Assembly (NCBI GenBank): GCA_963662435.1
Contig: OY759598.1
Coordinates: 4,125,413-4,145,412, forward strand
Reading direction: 5' to 3'
Source: Dehalococcoidia bacterium
GTDB taxonomy: Bacteria > Chloroflexota > Dehalococcoidia > Lucifugimonadales > VXLM01
Length of the DNA stretch: 20,000 nucleotides
The notes under the pieces are model-generated. The model was not told where the DNA came from and ran no database searches. It worked only from the letters and a program-made list of their open reading frames with translations. A program made the translations under genes and the position numbers. Shown here one piece after another: positions 8,625 to 17,693 of this stretch (positions within the stretch are counted from its first letter, which is position 1; every line of letters starts with the position of its first letter).

Positions 8625-9865
8625 CCGACTTCAGTGAAGCTGTCCAGAACCCTCTGCTGTGCTTCAGAGGCACCGAGCTTGAAGCCGGGGCAGTGTCGGT
8701 CAACCAACGCGGGATGCCCTTGGTATTCTCCGGCGCTTTCGCCTGCGTCTATCCGGTATCGGTTGTAGGACGCAAGTTCGCGGTGCGCTGCTTCACCCGC
8801 GAGGTGAAGGACCAGCAGACCCGTTACAACCAGCTGAGCGAATATCTCATCAACGTCCTTCCCCCGTCCTTCGTGCACTTCGAGTACGTGGAGTACGGAA
8901 TCAACCTGAAGGGCGCCTGGTATCCGGTCGTCAGGATGGAGTGGGTGGAAGGAGAGTCGTTGAGCAGCTTTGTAGGCTCCCATCTCAACGACCCGGACGC
9001 CCTGCGCCGAGTCGCGGCCCAGTGGCGCGGGGGGCCGGCCGCCAGTCTGCGCGGGCTGGGCATCGCCCACAACGACTTGCAGCACGGCAACGTGATGGTG
9101 CAGGCAGACGGCAGAATCCGCCTCGTAGACTACGACGGCATGTTCCTGCCCAGATTTCGCGGGGAGCGCAGCCCTGAGCTGGGACACAAGAACTTCCAGC
9201 ACCCTCTCCGGGCGGCGGAGGATTACGACGCCTACGTGGACAACTTCCCTTCGCTAGTCGTCTACCTCAGCCTGCTCGCCATAGCCTCAGACTCCGGCCT
9301 CTGGGCCTTCTTCAATGACGACAACCTGATATTTACCAGGAGCGACTACGCCGACCCCGGTAAGTCCCACCTCTTCGACCTGCTGAAGAAGTCCCCCGAC
9401 CAGACCGTGGCGAAGCTGACGGAGCGCTTGGAAGAGTGCTGCACGCTTCCCGTGGAGAAGGTACCGGACCTGGAGACCATCCTGCACGGCATCCCACCCA
9501 GCGCGGCTCCCTCGCCCTCGGCGGCGGCGCCGGCAGCTCCTTCGCCCTCGGCAACGCCGAGTACCGCCGCACGGGGATACCGGCAGGCGCTTCAGGCTCA
9601 ACGGCCGGCGCGTGTGCAGCCCGCCTCGAAGGCGACGCGGTCTCATCCTCCCGCGCCGAAACCCGCCGGTCCTGGACCGGCAGCACAGCCCCACACGCCC
9701 GCGCCAACGATTCAGGCCGCCGCCAGCCCCGCCCCGGGGGGCTCACGCAGGGCCGCTCTCGGAGAGATCAAGAAGGTGCTGCTGGGAGTGACGGTCACAG
9801 TTGCGGCGGTCACCATGGCTCTCGCGGCGACTATAGTCTGGGCTATCTCGGTGCGAGGATGGTAG
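8606..9865 (+). CDS. Atypical Ser/Thr protein kinase-like protein with Pro/Ala linker and C-terminal transmembrane helix
   Basis: SGAFACVY, AVRCF, MEWVEG, HNDLQHGN, LVDYDG; ends in VLLGVTVTVAAVTMALAATIVWAISV; overlaps the PP2C gene by 19 nt. Confidence 0.88.
   Translation: MPWPGITDFSEAVQNPLLCFRGTELEAGAVSVNQRGMPLVFSGAFACVYPVSVVGRKFAVRCFTREVKDQQTRYNQLSEYLINVLPPSFVHFEYVEYGINLKGAWYPVVRMEWVEGESLSSFVGSHLNDPDALRRVAAQWRGGPAASLRGLGIAHNDLQHGNVMVQADGRIRLVDYDGMFLPRFRGERSPELGHKNFQHPLRAAEDYDAYVDNFPSLVVYLSLLAIASDSGLWAFFNDDNLIFTRSDYADPGKSHLFDLLKKSPDQTVAKLTERLEECCTLPVEKVPDLETILHGIPPSAAPSPSAAAPAAPSPSATPSTAARGYRQALQAQRPARVQPASKATRSHPPAPKPAGPGPAAQPHTPAPTIQAAASPAPGGSRRAALGEIKKVLLGVTVTVAAVTMALAATIVWAISVRGW
9503..9552 (+). 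repeat. Intragenic 20-bp duplication (30-bp period) encoding AAPSPSA twice
   Basis: GCGGCTCCCTCGCCCTCGGC (9503-9522) vs GCAGCTCCTTCGCCCTCGGC (9533-9552), 18/20 identical. Confidence 0.6.
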
Positions 9866-9867
9866 GA

Positions 9868-10644
9868 CTAGGGCCCTCCGCCAGCTAGGAGATGCGGAAC
9901 GATCCCCGTGACCAGGACGATAACGCCTGTACCGGAGAAGACGCTGGCCACGTCACCAAGGAAGAGGAACGAGCCGATTATCCCAACGACGACAGACGCC
10001 AACGAGAGCCAGTTGATCCAGCCATAGCCCGGCTTGCCCCACCCCACCCGGTCGGCCCAACCGAACAATGTGCTGCGGATCCCACGCCCCCGGAGCAAGA
10101 GTGTGGTGAGGGAGCACACCAAGAGTAGAACGCCGATCTTCGCTACTTCGTCCAGCGCCGACGTTATCCCCTGGACTTCGGACTCGTGGTCGACGAAGAG
10201 CAGGGAGACAAGAATACGGGGAAACGCGCCGGCGGCGAACACGACCAACCCGGCCGCCGCCGTGCCCAGCGCAAGCTTTCCCGGCGGCCTCATCCTGTGG
10301 GTCACTATCGGCGCGCCGGCCAGTCCCAGCAGTTCAAGCACGAGGCGCACGCAGAAAACGCTGATGCCGACGACAAGGTTGCAGCCGCCAAGCACCGCGA
10401 GGAGCTCGATGCTCGTTCGGGGTTCATCCGAGGGAAGAAACTGCCGATCTCCCGGCGCTCCCAGCAGCTCAATGAGTGGGGTTATTGCCTGAGTGTGCAG
10501 GATGCCTCCGACCATCGGACCCAACACAATCAGAATGACACCGACCGCCATCACGCCCAGCGCCACCTTATAGGCCACATCCCAGTCTGTGAGAGTAGTA
10601 CGGATTCTCGGTAAGCTGGTTTGAGGGACGTTTGTGTAGGACAT
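9868..10644 (-). CDS. Hypothetical multi-pass membrane protein (about 6 TM)
   Basis: Multiple hydrophobic stretches; AGGAGG RBS 7 nt before ATG 10644. Confidence 0.75.
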   Translation of the reverse strand: MSYTNVPQTSLPRIRTTLTDWDVAYKVALGVMAVGVILIVLGPMVGGILHTQAITPLIELLGAPGDRQFLPSDEPRTSIELLAVLGGCNLVVGISVFCVRLVLELLGLAGAPIVTHRMRPPGKLALGTAAAGLVVFAAGAFPRILVSLLFVDHESEVQGITSALDEVAKIGVLLLVCSLTTLLLRGRGIRSTLFGWADRVGWGKPGYGWINWLSLASVVVGIIGSFLFLGDVASVFSGTGVIVLVTGIVPHLLAGGGP

Positions 10645-10716
10645 GTCCACGCCTCCTGTCTCGCGCCGGACTTTGGTCCTTGAAGGCCGGGGCTTAGCTC
10701 GACCGGCACACGGCGG

Positions 10717-11259
10717 TCATCGCCGGTTGCCGCGGCCTCTTCTCCGTGAAGGCGACATTTCTGGCGACCGCTTCGGCTTCTGGGCCGCATTTCGGCGGTG
10801 GAGCCACCCGTATATCAGAAGGGCTACGCCGAACCAGAAGAGCACGATGCCCGGCGCCATCACTATGGCTCCGAAAGAGGACCCAAAGATAATCTGCAGC
10901 ACCAGGGCGGGAGCAAGCAGGACCAGCCCAATAGCCACCCCGGCCAGTCCCATCCTGTTCGGCCAATGCCACGTGACGGTCGCGGCCATGTACCTTTCGA
11001 CAATGCGCCGTGCCGCGCCAATAATCGCAGCACGTCGGCGGGATTCCACAAACAGGACTGCTCCGAGCCCGCCCAGAAGCAGCACCCCACCCATTGACCT
11101 GATCGTCGCGCCGAAGCCCACACTGTAATTGTCCTGTAGAACGATCCCTGACACGACCAGGATGATTCCGATCGCCGCCGCGACCGACCCAAGAATGTCG
11201 GACGGGCTCTGCTCCCGGAGCGCGGCAAACAACTTGTCCGCTATCTTCGATAGGAACAT
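10717..11259 (-). CDS. Hypothetical multi-pass membrane protein (about 4 TM) with basic C-terminal tail
   Basis: MFLSKIADKLF... from ATG 11259; four hydrophobic stretches; Arg-rich tail. Confidence 0.75.
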   Translation of the reverse strand: MFLSKIADKLFAALREQSPSDILGSVAAAIGIILVVSGIVLQDNYSVGFGATIRSMGGVLLLGGLGAVLFVESRRRAAIIGAARRIVERYMAATVTWHWPNRMGLAGVAIGLVLLAPALVLQIIFGSSFGAIVMAPGIVLFWFGVALLIYGWLHRRNAAQKPKRSPEMSPSRRRGRGNRR

Positions 11260-11366
11260 ACCTGTATCCTTCGTCCACTGGACGGACTCGCTGTGACGTC
11301 CGACGAGTAACATACACTTTGTGCCACTGGGCTTCAATCCCAATGGTCCGCGCAAGGAGGTTGGAG

Positions 11367-12512
11367 ATGATTCCTGAGTTTGTGCAGGGGTCTGGGCTTG
11401 GCGGATTTCTCGCCGTCATTAGTTTGGCTGGATCCATACTTATCGCTGCCGGGATCGTACACGTCGTCTTCTCCCTGCTGATCAGATACAGGAGGCGAAA
11501 CGATCAGGACGCGCTGGGCACCAGGATGCTGAGGGCGTCTAGGGGTCCGGTCGTCCTACTCCTTGTCTCGCTGGGGGTGTTCTTGGGCTACCTGCTGATG
11601 ACCCAGTTGGAGCACCCAACGTTCCACTTCTTCGACAGGCACGACCTGTGGGCGACCAAGGTGTGGCTGGTAGTCGCGATAGCGCTGGCCAGTTATCTCG
11701 GCTCTCACATCATCCATGAGCTTGTCGGGTGGTACGTAGGGCGGGTACCCCAGCGGACCGCTAGAAGCATGAATAACAGACTACTCGCACAGGCTCGTTG
11801 GATCATCCCCATAATCATCTACACCATCGGCGCGTTGACGGCTCTGGAGGTAGTTGGGATCGCCGTCACCCCCTTAATGGCCGGACTCGGCATTGGCGGA
11901 ATTGCGGCCGCGCTCGCGCTGCAGCCCGCCCTCAGCAACGTGTTCTCAGGGATGTTCATGTTGACCGAGGGCGAATTGAACCCGGGAGACTTCATTGAAC
12001 TCGAGGGTGGCCCGTCCGGGTTCGTGGTCAAGTTGAGTTGGCGCAGCACGAAGATAAGGGACAGGTTCAACAACCTCATAATGATCCCCAACTCCAGGAT
12101 GATGGAGAGCGTCATGACCAACTACTACAGCGAGTCGCAGGCCGTGACGATCATCGTGCAGTGTGGGGTCAGCTACGATTCGGACCTTGAGAAAGTCGAG
12201 AAAGTGGCGATGGAAGTGGCAATCTGTGTGCGAGACGAAGTCGATGCCGCCATCGACGAATACGAACCTTTAGTCTGGTTCACCGCGTTTGGAGAGTCAA
12301 ACATAGACTTCGAAGTCAGAATCCAAGCCGAAGACAGGCCAGGCACGCGCATCGTAAGGCACGAACTGATAAAGCGGCTACGCACCAGGTTGGCCCGCGA
12401 GGGCATCGAGATAAACTACCCCGTCCGCAAGTTGCTCATCCCGCAGTCCGAAAGCCCGGAAGGCTTGGAGCGTGTTCACACTTCGCAGCGCACACTCGAA
12501 GGCGGTCCATAG
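11367..12512 (+). CDS. mscS: MscS-family mechanosensitive ion channel
   Basis: LMAGLGIGGIAAALALQPALSNVFSG, GDFIEL, WRSTKIR, IPNS, GVSYDSDLEKV, GIEINYP; AAGGAGG RBS. Confidence 0.92.
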   Translation: MIPEFVQGSGLGGFLAVISLAGSILIAAGIVHVVFSLLIRYRRRNDQDALGTRMLRASRGPVVLLLVSLGVFLGYLLMTQLEHPTFHFFDRHDLWATKVWLVVAIALASYLGSHIIHELVGWYVGRVPQRTARSMNNRLLAQARWIIPIIIYTIGALTALEVVGIAVTPLMAGLGIGGIAAALALQPALSNVFSGMFMLTEGELNPGDFIELEGGPSGFVVKLSWRSTKIRDRFNNLIMIPNSRMMESVMTNYYSESQAVTIIVQCGVSYDSDLEKVEKVAMEVAICVRDEVDAAIDEYEPLVWFTAFGESNIDFEVRIQAEDRPGTRIVRHELIKRLRTRLAREGIEINYPVRKLLIPQSESPEGLERVHTSQRTLEGGP

Positions 12513-12760
12513 AGACCGCTACGCCGCAGAGGTTGTGCTGAACAGTCGAAGGGAGTCACCGCAGGGTGCGCGACCATGAGGGGCAATCGCACATCCTGAG
12601 TACCTACACGGTATCGAGCCAGTCGTTCCGGGAGTTGGAGCAAAGAGTATCCGAGTTGAGGCTCAACGCGTCCGAGTTGGAGCGGGGAGCAACACAAGAA
12701 AAATCAGACCAAGACTTTCAAGTCCGAAGTGTGGCAATAACTCTTTGAAACTCCTAAAGG

Positions 12761-13159
12761 CTAAGGCGCTGGCCTGAAGCGTATCAGGCCTGTCTTTCCG
12801 TTTACCGTCATCTCGAACTGGCAAAGAACGTCACGTCCGATGATGGCGTCCCAGGGATGCCCCATCCGTCTGAGCGGCACTCCGACGATGGGTGAGGGAA
12901 CAGCGACTTCCAGCGGCGGTACGTAAAGATCAGTTCTGAACTTCGGATATGCGCCCGTGCCAGTCGCTCCGGTTACCTCGTGCGTTCCTTCCTCAGACAA
13001 CTGCAACGATGCAGCGAAAGCGATATCGACGCACGAAATGCCGGCCCCAGTGTCCAGCAATGCCAACCCGGCTCTCCATGCCACGACTACGCCGATGGGA
13101 GGTCCGTCCCATCGAAGCAGTTCGGGAGAAACCCGATACTGAACTGGCCCCGTAATCAT
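12761..13159 (-). CDS. Retropepsin-like (clan AA) aspartyl protease
   Basis: ALLDTGA and IIGRDVL motifs; single domain, 132 aa; ATGA overlap with the upstream gene. Confidence 0.88.
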   Translation of the reverse strand: MITGPVQYRVSPELLRWDGPPIGVVVAWRAGLALLDTGAGISCVDIAFAASLQLSEEGTHEVTGATGTGAYPKFRTDLYVPPLEVAVPSPIVGVPLRRMGHPWDAIIGRDVLCQFEMTVNGKTGLIRFRPAP

Positions 13160-13407
13160 TGGCGATAGGAGGAGAGGATGTATGCCTCCGATCCTACCCG
13201 GCGAATCAGGCAGTCTAGGTCGTCCAACCCGATCTGCCGAGCCGCTTCTACTGCATCGTCGTAGGACTCATAGCCGTCACCCACCAGCTTTGAGTCGTAT
13301 ATGACTATCCACTGGCCCATGTGGTCGCGTTCCAAATCCCCCCGCATCCGGTGGTAAGCTATCAACTGGTCGATCATGGGATGCTTAAGCTTCGCGGCAG
13401 TCGCCAT
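13156..13407 (-). CDS. Small DUF5678-like protein
   Basis: 83 aa with HMGQWIVIYDSKLVG...YDDAVEAA...LIRRVG pattern; AGGAG RBS; coupled to the protease. Family name is from recall. Confidence 0.7.
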   Translation of the reverse strand: MATAAKLKHPMIDQLIAYHRMRGDLERDHMGQWIVIYDSKLVGDGYESYDDAVEAARQIGLDDLDCLIRRVGSEAYILSSYRQ

Positions 13408-13507
13408 AATGGTTCTCCTATGAGACTCAGGTCACTGGCGCACCAACAAAAGAATATCCTACACTTCCAGGGATTCGCGAAGCCTGCTCGACCGACAGCG
13501 TCATGCG

Positions 13508-14425
13508 CTATGCATCGTCGGAGTTGTCTGGACGCAGGGAAGTCGCGTAGCCGATCAGCTTGTAGGCCAACTTGGCGGCTGTGAAGACGCACGCTTCGGG
13601 GCCCTCGCCCGGGCTCAACTCCACGACGTCGAATCCTACTATCCGCTTTCGCTCGGCGACGTGCCTCAGGAGCGTCGTGGCTGAATGCCAGGACATGCCG
13701 CCGGGCTCCGGCGTCCCGACGGCGGCCATGATCGATGGGTCCAGTACGTCCAGGTCAATGCTGACGTAGACCGTATCGGAGAGGCGGTCTGCGATCTGAG
13801 GCAGGATGCCGGCGACGCCGGCCGTCTCGTCCGGCCAGAAGTAGACGGGCACGCCCTCGTCGTCGATGAAGCGGCGCTCGGGCTCGCTCAGGCTGCGTAC
13901 TCCCACTTCGACGAGGGGGCACATCTTCAGGACCCTGCGTGCTACGCATGCGTGGCTCCATGGGCTGCCCTCATACTCGTCCCTCAGGTCGGCGTGCGCG
14001 TCGAGGTAGAGCACCGAGAGGTCTGAGTGGAGGCGTTCGAAGGCTCGCACGGCCCCCACAGTGATGCTGTGGTCGCCGCCCAGGAGCCCGACTATTGCAC
14101 CGTCGATCAGCATCTCGGATACGGCCCGGTCGACTCTGTCGATCATGCCCTCGGGGCCTCCGGCGAATGGGTCGAGCTCGGGAGCCGTTTGTATGCCTGC
14201 AGTGGAGATGTACCTGTCCAACTCCAGGTCATAGTCCTCGAGCTCGCGAGAGGCCCTGATGATCGCCCGTGGGCCGTCGCGAGAGCCGGTACGGTAGGAG
14301 GTCGTAGCGTCGTATGGGACGGGGATGAGGGTGACGGCGGACCGGCCGGACTCATGTGGAGGAACGCCGAGGAAGGTGTCCCAGGTGCGCGGCGGCCCGG
14401 CGGACTCCGGGAGACTCTCAGTCAT
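13508..14425 (-). CDS. speB: Agmatinase / ureohydrolase
   Basis: [36 protein letters not shown] motifs. Confidence 0.95.
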   Translation of the reverse strand: MTESLPESAGPPRTWDTFLGVPPHESGRSAVTLIPVPYDATTSYRTGSRDGPRAIIRASRELEDYDLELDRYISTAGIQTAPELDPFAGGPEGMIDRVDRAVSEMLIDGAIVGLLGGDHSITVGAVRAFERLHSDLSVLYLDAHADLRDEYEGSPWSHACVARRVLKMCPLVEVGVRSLSEPERRFIDDEGVPVYFWPDETAGVAGILPQIADRLSDTVYVSIDLDVLDPSIMAAVGTPEPGGMSWHSATTLLRHVAERKRIVGFDVVELSPGEGPEACVFTAAKLAYKLIGYATSLRPDNSDDA

Positions 14426-14843
14426 TGCGGTGCGTGGTGGAAGAGGTCGTCACACGCTCCCTGACCATTTCGCGATGCGCCTCTCGCGGCGACGCGTATT
14501 CGACGCCGCGCTCCATAGTCCAGGCCTTTGCGTCGTCGAGCAGGAAGAACCGCTTCACGTCGGCGAGCGCCTTGTCTGCGTCGAAGTCCTTGCAGGAGAA
14601 GACATCGATGTTGACGTAGCCCCTGTCGGGGAAGGTGTGGATGCTGATGTGGCTCTCGGCGATGATGACGAACCCGGACACGCCCCAGTCCTCCGGCACC
14701 TTGCCCCTGTAGGTGTAGACCTGGGGAGGCGAGATCTTTGTCATGCCGATGGCGCCGGGGTACTCGTCGAGGAAGCGTCGGACGAGGCCGGTGTCCTCTA
14801 GGACTTTGGGGTCGGCCCCGTAGCCGTCAATCGCTAAGTGCAA
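14418..14843 (-). CDS. Pyruvoyl-dependent SpeD-family decarboxylase proenzyme, divergent paralog (substrate uncertain)
   Basis: [12 protein letters not shown] self-cleavage motif, [12 protein letters not shown] start after GAGGT; 8-nt overlap with speB. Confidence 0.88.
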   Translation of the reverse strand: MHLAIDGYGADPKVLEDTGLVRRFLDEYPGAIGMTKISPPQVYTYRGKVPEDWGVSGFVIIAESHISIHTFPDRGYVNIDVFSCKDFDADKALADVKRFFLLDDAKAWTMERGVEYASPREAHREMVRERVTTSSTTHRND

Positions 14844-14966
14844 GGCGTACCTCGTGTGTCCCCGGCGGTGAAGCTGCTGATGCGTCCGGCCGGACTGTCG
14901 AGGCCGGGCACCCAGTCAACAGACTATCACGGCGCAGCCGCGCGCGACACGGGCATCGCCCAGGCT

Positions 14967-15483
14967 GACGACGTAGCCTGCGCCCGGGCCGCCGACGTAG
15001 CCGTAGCCCCTGTCCGGGCCTGGAGCGAGGGTCTGGAAGACCGGCTCGAGGTGCTCGAAGGCGTTCCTGTCGCCCCCGATCATCAGGCTGTACCCCTCGG
15101 CGAGGCCTCAGACGCCGCCGCTCGTGCCGCCGTCGAGGAAGCTGATGCCCCCTTCTCGCCCAGCGTCCCGGCCCTGCGGAAGGAATCCTTGTAGTTGGCG
15201 TTGCCGCCGTCGATGATGGTGTCGCCGGGCTCCAGTTCGTCCGCGAGGGCGGCGATTGTGGCCTCCGTGGCGTCGCCCGAGGGCACCATCGATCACACGG
15301 CCCTGGGGGCGTCGAACTTCGCCGCGAGCCGCCGAGGGACGCAGCGCCGGCCGCACCCGCGCCCTGCTGGGCCTCGACTGCCTCCGGGTTCGGATCGTAG
15401 ACGACAAGGTCGTGACCGCCGTGCAGCAGCCGCTGCGCCATGTTCCCGCCCATCCTGCCGAGGCCTACCATTCCTAACTGCAT
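14967..15483 (-). pseudogene. gnd: 6-phosphogluconate dehydrogenase (short NAD-type) pseudogene, N-terminal half only
   Basis: MQLGMVGLGRMGGNMAQRL, PRAV*SMVP, IIDGGNANY, DGGTSGGV*GL, GYSLMIGG, VGGPGAG across three frames; two frameshifts, TGA at 15293-15295 and 15108-15110; ends before the KMVHNGIEY motif. Confidence 0.88.
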
Positions 15484-15510
15484 TGTCGTTACCTCCGTTT
15501 CGGACCGGTC

Positions 15511-16434
15511 CTATGTGACGAAGAGTGGGTCGTCTCTAGTGATGATCCTGCGCTCGGCCTTTATCGCCGCACGCAGGTACTTGGGCAGGGAGAACATGCC
15601 TGCGTGGGTCTCGCCGTCGTAGTGGCGGAGTCCTCCGATGCCCCTTTCGCCTAGTTTAGCGTCGACCTCGCTGGGGCACAGAGCCGCCGGATCGCTTCCC
15701 ATGGATCCGACGACGAAGCCCCAAGTCGCGCCGAAGGACGGCACGAAGGCCTCGTAGGCGGACATCGTCGGGAACGCCGAGTCGACTGTGTTGGCCACGG
15801 CCGAGAAGCACTGCTCGTAGAATGCTGGGCCGGTGGGCCCCGCTTGGGCGACGAGCAGGCCACCGGGCGCGAGTCTCGTCCGTGCCATTTCGTAGAACTC
15901 GGTGGTGAAGAGCAGATAGGCCGGGCCTTCTTCGAGAGGGTCGGGCACGTCGATCACGGCAACGTCGAACCCGCCCTGGGACTCGTCCAGCACGGCCATC
16001 GCGTCCCTGTGGTGAAGGTCCAGCCTCGGATCGTCGAACGAGCCCTGGTGGAACGCGCCCAGGTGTTGGCGGCAGAGGTCGACGACCTCTCGGTCGATGT
16101 CGGCCATGACTACTCGTTCGACCGATGGGTGGAGCAACACCTCGCGCGCCGTAGCGCCCTCGCCGCCCCCCGCGATGAAGACGCGGCGCGGGCCCGGGTG
16201 GGCGATCATCGGCGGCTGGACCAGGGACTCGTGGTACACGAACTCGTCGGCCTCGGTCGACTGGGTCTTGTCGTCGAGCACCAGGGACCGACCGAAGCAC
16301 GCGGTGTCCTGGATCACGACCGACTGGTAGGGGGTCCTGCCCGAGTGGACCACCCGCTCGACCCGTTCCGCCTGCAGCAGATCGGGCGTGATGTGCTCGT
16401 AGTGCCAGCCGTCCCCGGGAGGGCCGTCGACCAT
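15511..16434 (-). CDS. speE: Polyamine aminopropyltransferase (spermidine synthase)
   Basis: TPYQ, QSTEADEFVYHESLV, GGGEGATAREVL, DID, IDVPDP; ATG overlaps the speD stop (TGATG). Confidence 0.95.
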   Translation of the reverse strand: MVDGPPGDGWHYEHITPDLLQAERVERVVHSGRTPYQSVVIQDTACFGRSLVLDDKTQSTEADEFVYHESLVQPPMIAHPGPRRVFIAGGGEGATAREVLLHPSVERVVMADIDREVVDLCRQHLGAFHQGSFDDPRLDLHHRDAMAVLDESQGGFDVAVIDVPDPLEEGPAYLLFTTEFYEMARTRLAPGGLLVAQAGPTGPAFYEQCFSAVANTVDSAFPTMSAYEAFVPSFGATWGFVVGSMGSDPAALCPSEVDAKLGERGIGGLRHYDGETHAGMFSLPKYLRAAIKAERRIITRDDPLFVT

Positions 16435-16838
16435 CACAGCGCGGCCGCGGCGCCGGACCCGACAGGCCCGCGCCTGATGGTTGTCGTGGCGGGGTTGCGG
16501 CACTTCAGACTGCCAATGATCAGTTGGGCGGCTCTGTCGGGCGCGAAAGACTCGCCGCAAGTGAAGATGTCGACGGCCGCGTACCCGTGCTCAGGCCAGG
16601 TGTGGATGGCAAGGTGCGACTCGGCTATGGCGACGATTCCAGTGACGCCGCGCGGGGTGAACTTGTGGAAGGACCGCCCGAGTATGCTGGCTCCTGCTTC
16701 TCGGGCCGCGTCGACCATGGCATTCTTGATGAGGTCCAACTCGTCGAGCAGGCCCGAGTCGCACTCGTTCAGCTCAAGCAGCAGGTGGGTGCCGAGGGCA
16801 TCCGGCGGACGCCCGTCCAAAGCTGGACCGTCGCTCAC
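16434..16838 (-). CDS. speD: S-adenosylmethionine decarboxylase proenzyme, canonical class 1b-like
   Basis: LGTHLLLEL, FHKFTPRGVTG, IAESHLAIHTWPEHGYAAVDIFTCG; GTG start after GAGGTGG. Confidence 0.93.
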   Translation of the reverse strand: MSDGPALDGRPPDALGTHLLLELNECDSGLLDELDLIKNAMVDAAREAGASILGRSFHKFTPRGVTGIVAIAESHLAIHTWPEHGYAAVDIFTCGESFAPDRAAQLIIGSLKCRNPATTTIRRGPVGSGAAAAL

Positions 16839-17012
16839 ATCGCCACCTCACAAGTGATGCTGGCAAACGATTGTACACACGGCACTCATGATAACTGCTA
16901 TGATCCGCTATGCGCAAGTATCCTGTATTTCAAAACAGGCGGCACCAGTCTTCTCCCGGGACCGTGACCCGTTGGGAAGCCGTTTGCCTGAGGATACTTG
17001 TGAGGCAGGTCG

Positions 17013-17249
17013 ATGCATCACAGCGATGTACCGCGTATTGTCAAACACTACGCGGCGGCTGTAGGGCTGAATCCGAAGGACATACCGGGGCATTCGCTGA
17101 GAGCAGGTTTCGTCACCAGTGCGGCCGTTCACCATGCACGCTTGGACAAGATAATGGAGGTTACTCGTCATACGAATCCCGCCACTGTCATGCGATACAT
17201 CCGTGACGCTGATGCGTTCACAGATCATGCCGGGCAACAGTTTCTGTAA
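17013..17249 (+). pseudogene. C-terminal remnant of a tyrosine recombinase
   Basis: GHSLRAGFVT (H-x-x-R), TRH and MRY catalytic-region motifs; N-terminal domain absent. Confidence 0.85.
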
Positions 17250-17693
17250 GTTGGACAAGCCACGATGCCTTGGGGTGGAGAAAATCGCAAGGACTACTTT
17301 TGCGCATCAGCGGTGTGGAGTGTGTCCAGCGTTAATGGAACCCGTCAGATACCTGATTGTCACACGATAGGGTCAAGACACCACCCCTGCTGTTTGCGAT
17401 GACTTTGCTTGGAGGTATCGTAAACCTACATGCTCGAAGTATAATTGCTATGTGAACGAGGTCGTCCGACGGATGATGGAATGCACGCGCCTGAGAGAGG
17501 TAGTTATCCACAGGACCAGGTGTTCCGCCGACAGTCAATCCCGGCGGGTCCAGGGACTTCCTTGATATACCCGCCATGTCTCCGAAGTAGGCTGATCGCC
17601 CTTCGGAGAGGTTATTGGCCGCCGGGCTCGGTAGCACTCCACCAAGGGAGGGGTCTACTGGATGGCAAGAATCAGGTTCAGGAGGAACAGTCG

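Noticed and set aside
7706..9202. 498-aa antisense ORF, and similar long shadow ORFs (385..993, 5719..6447, 5859..6647, 15844..16857, 19013..19588)
   Set aside because: They overlap well-supported genes on the other strand, lack recognisable motifs, and are expected in high-GC DNA.
12536..12546. TGCTGAACAGT resembling the IS110 right junction
   Set aside because: The upstream bases do not match the left target guide and the match is of chance length.
12566..12748. 60-aa ORF between mscS and the protease
   Set aside because: No motif recognised and no other support; may be a remnant.
15108..15295. Both conserved Trp positions in gnd read TGA, suggesting TGA=Trp recoding
   Set aside because: The same gene has frameshifts and a truncation; intact genes use TGG for Trp and end at TGA; the IS pseudogenes show Trp-to-TAG. 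Ordinary transition decay explains it.
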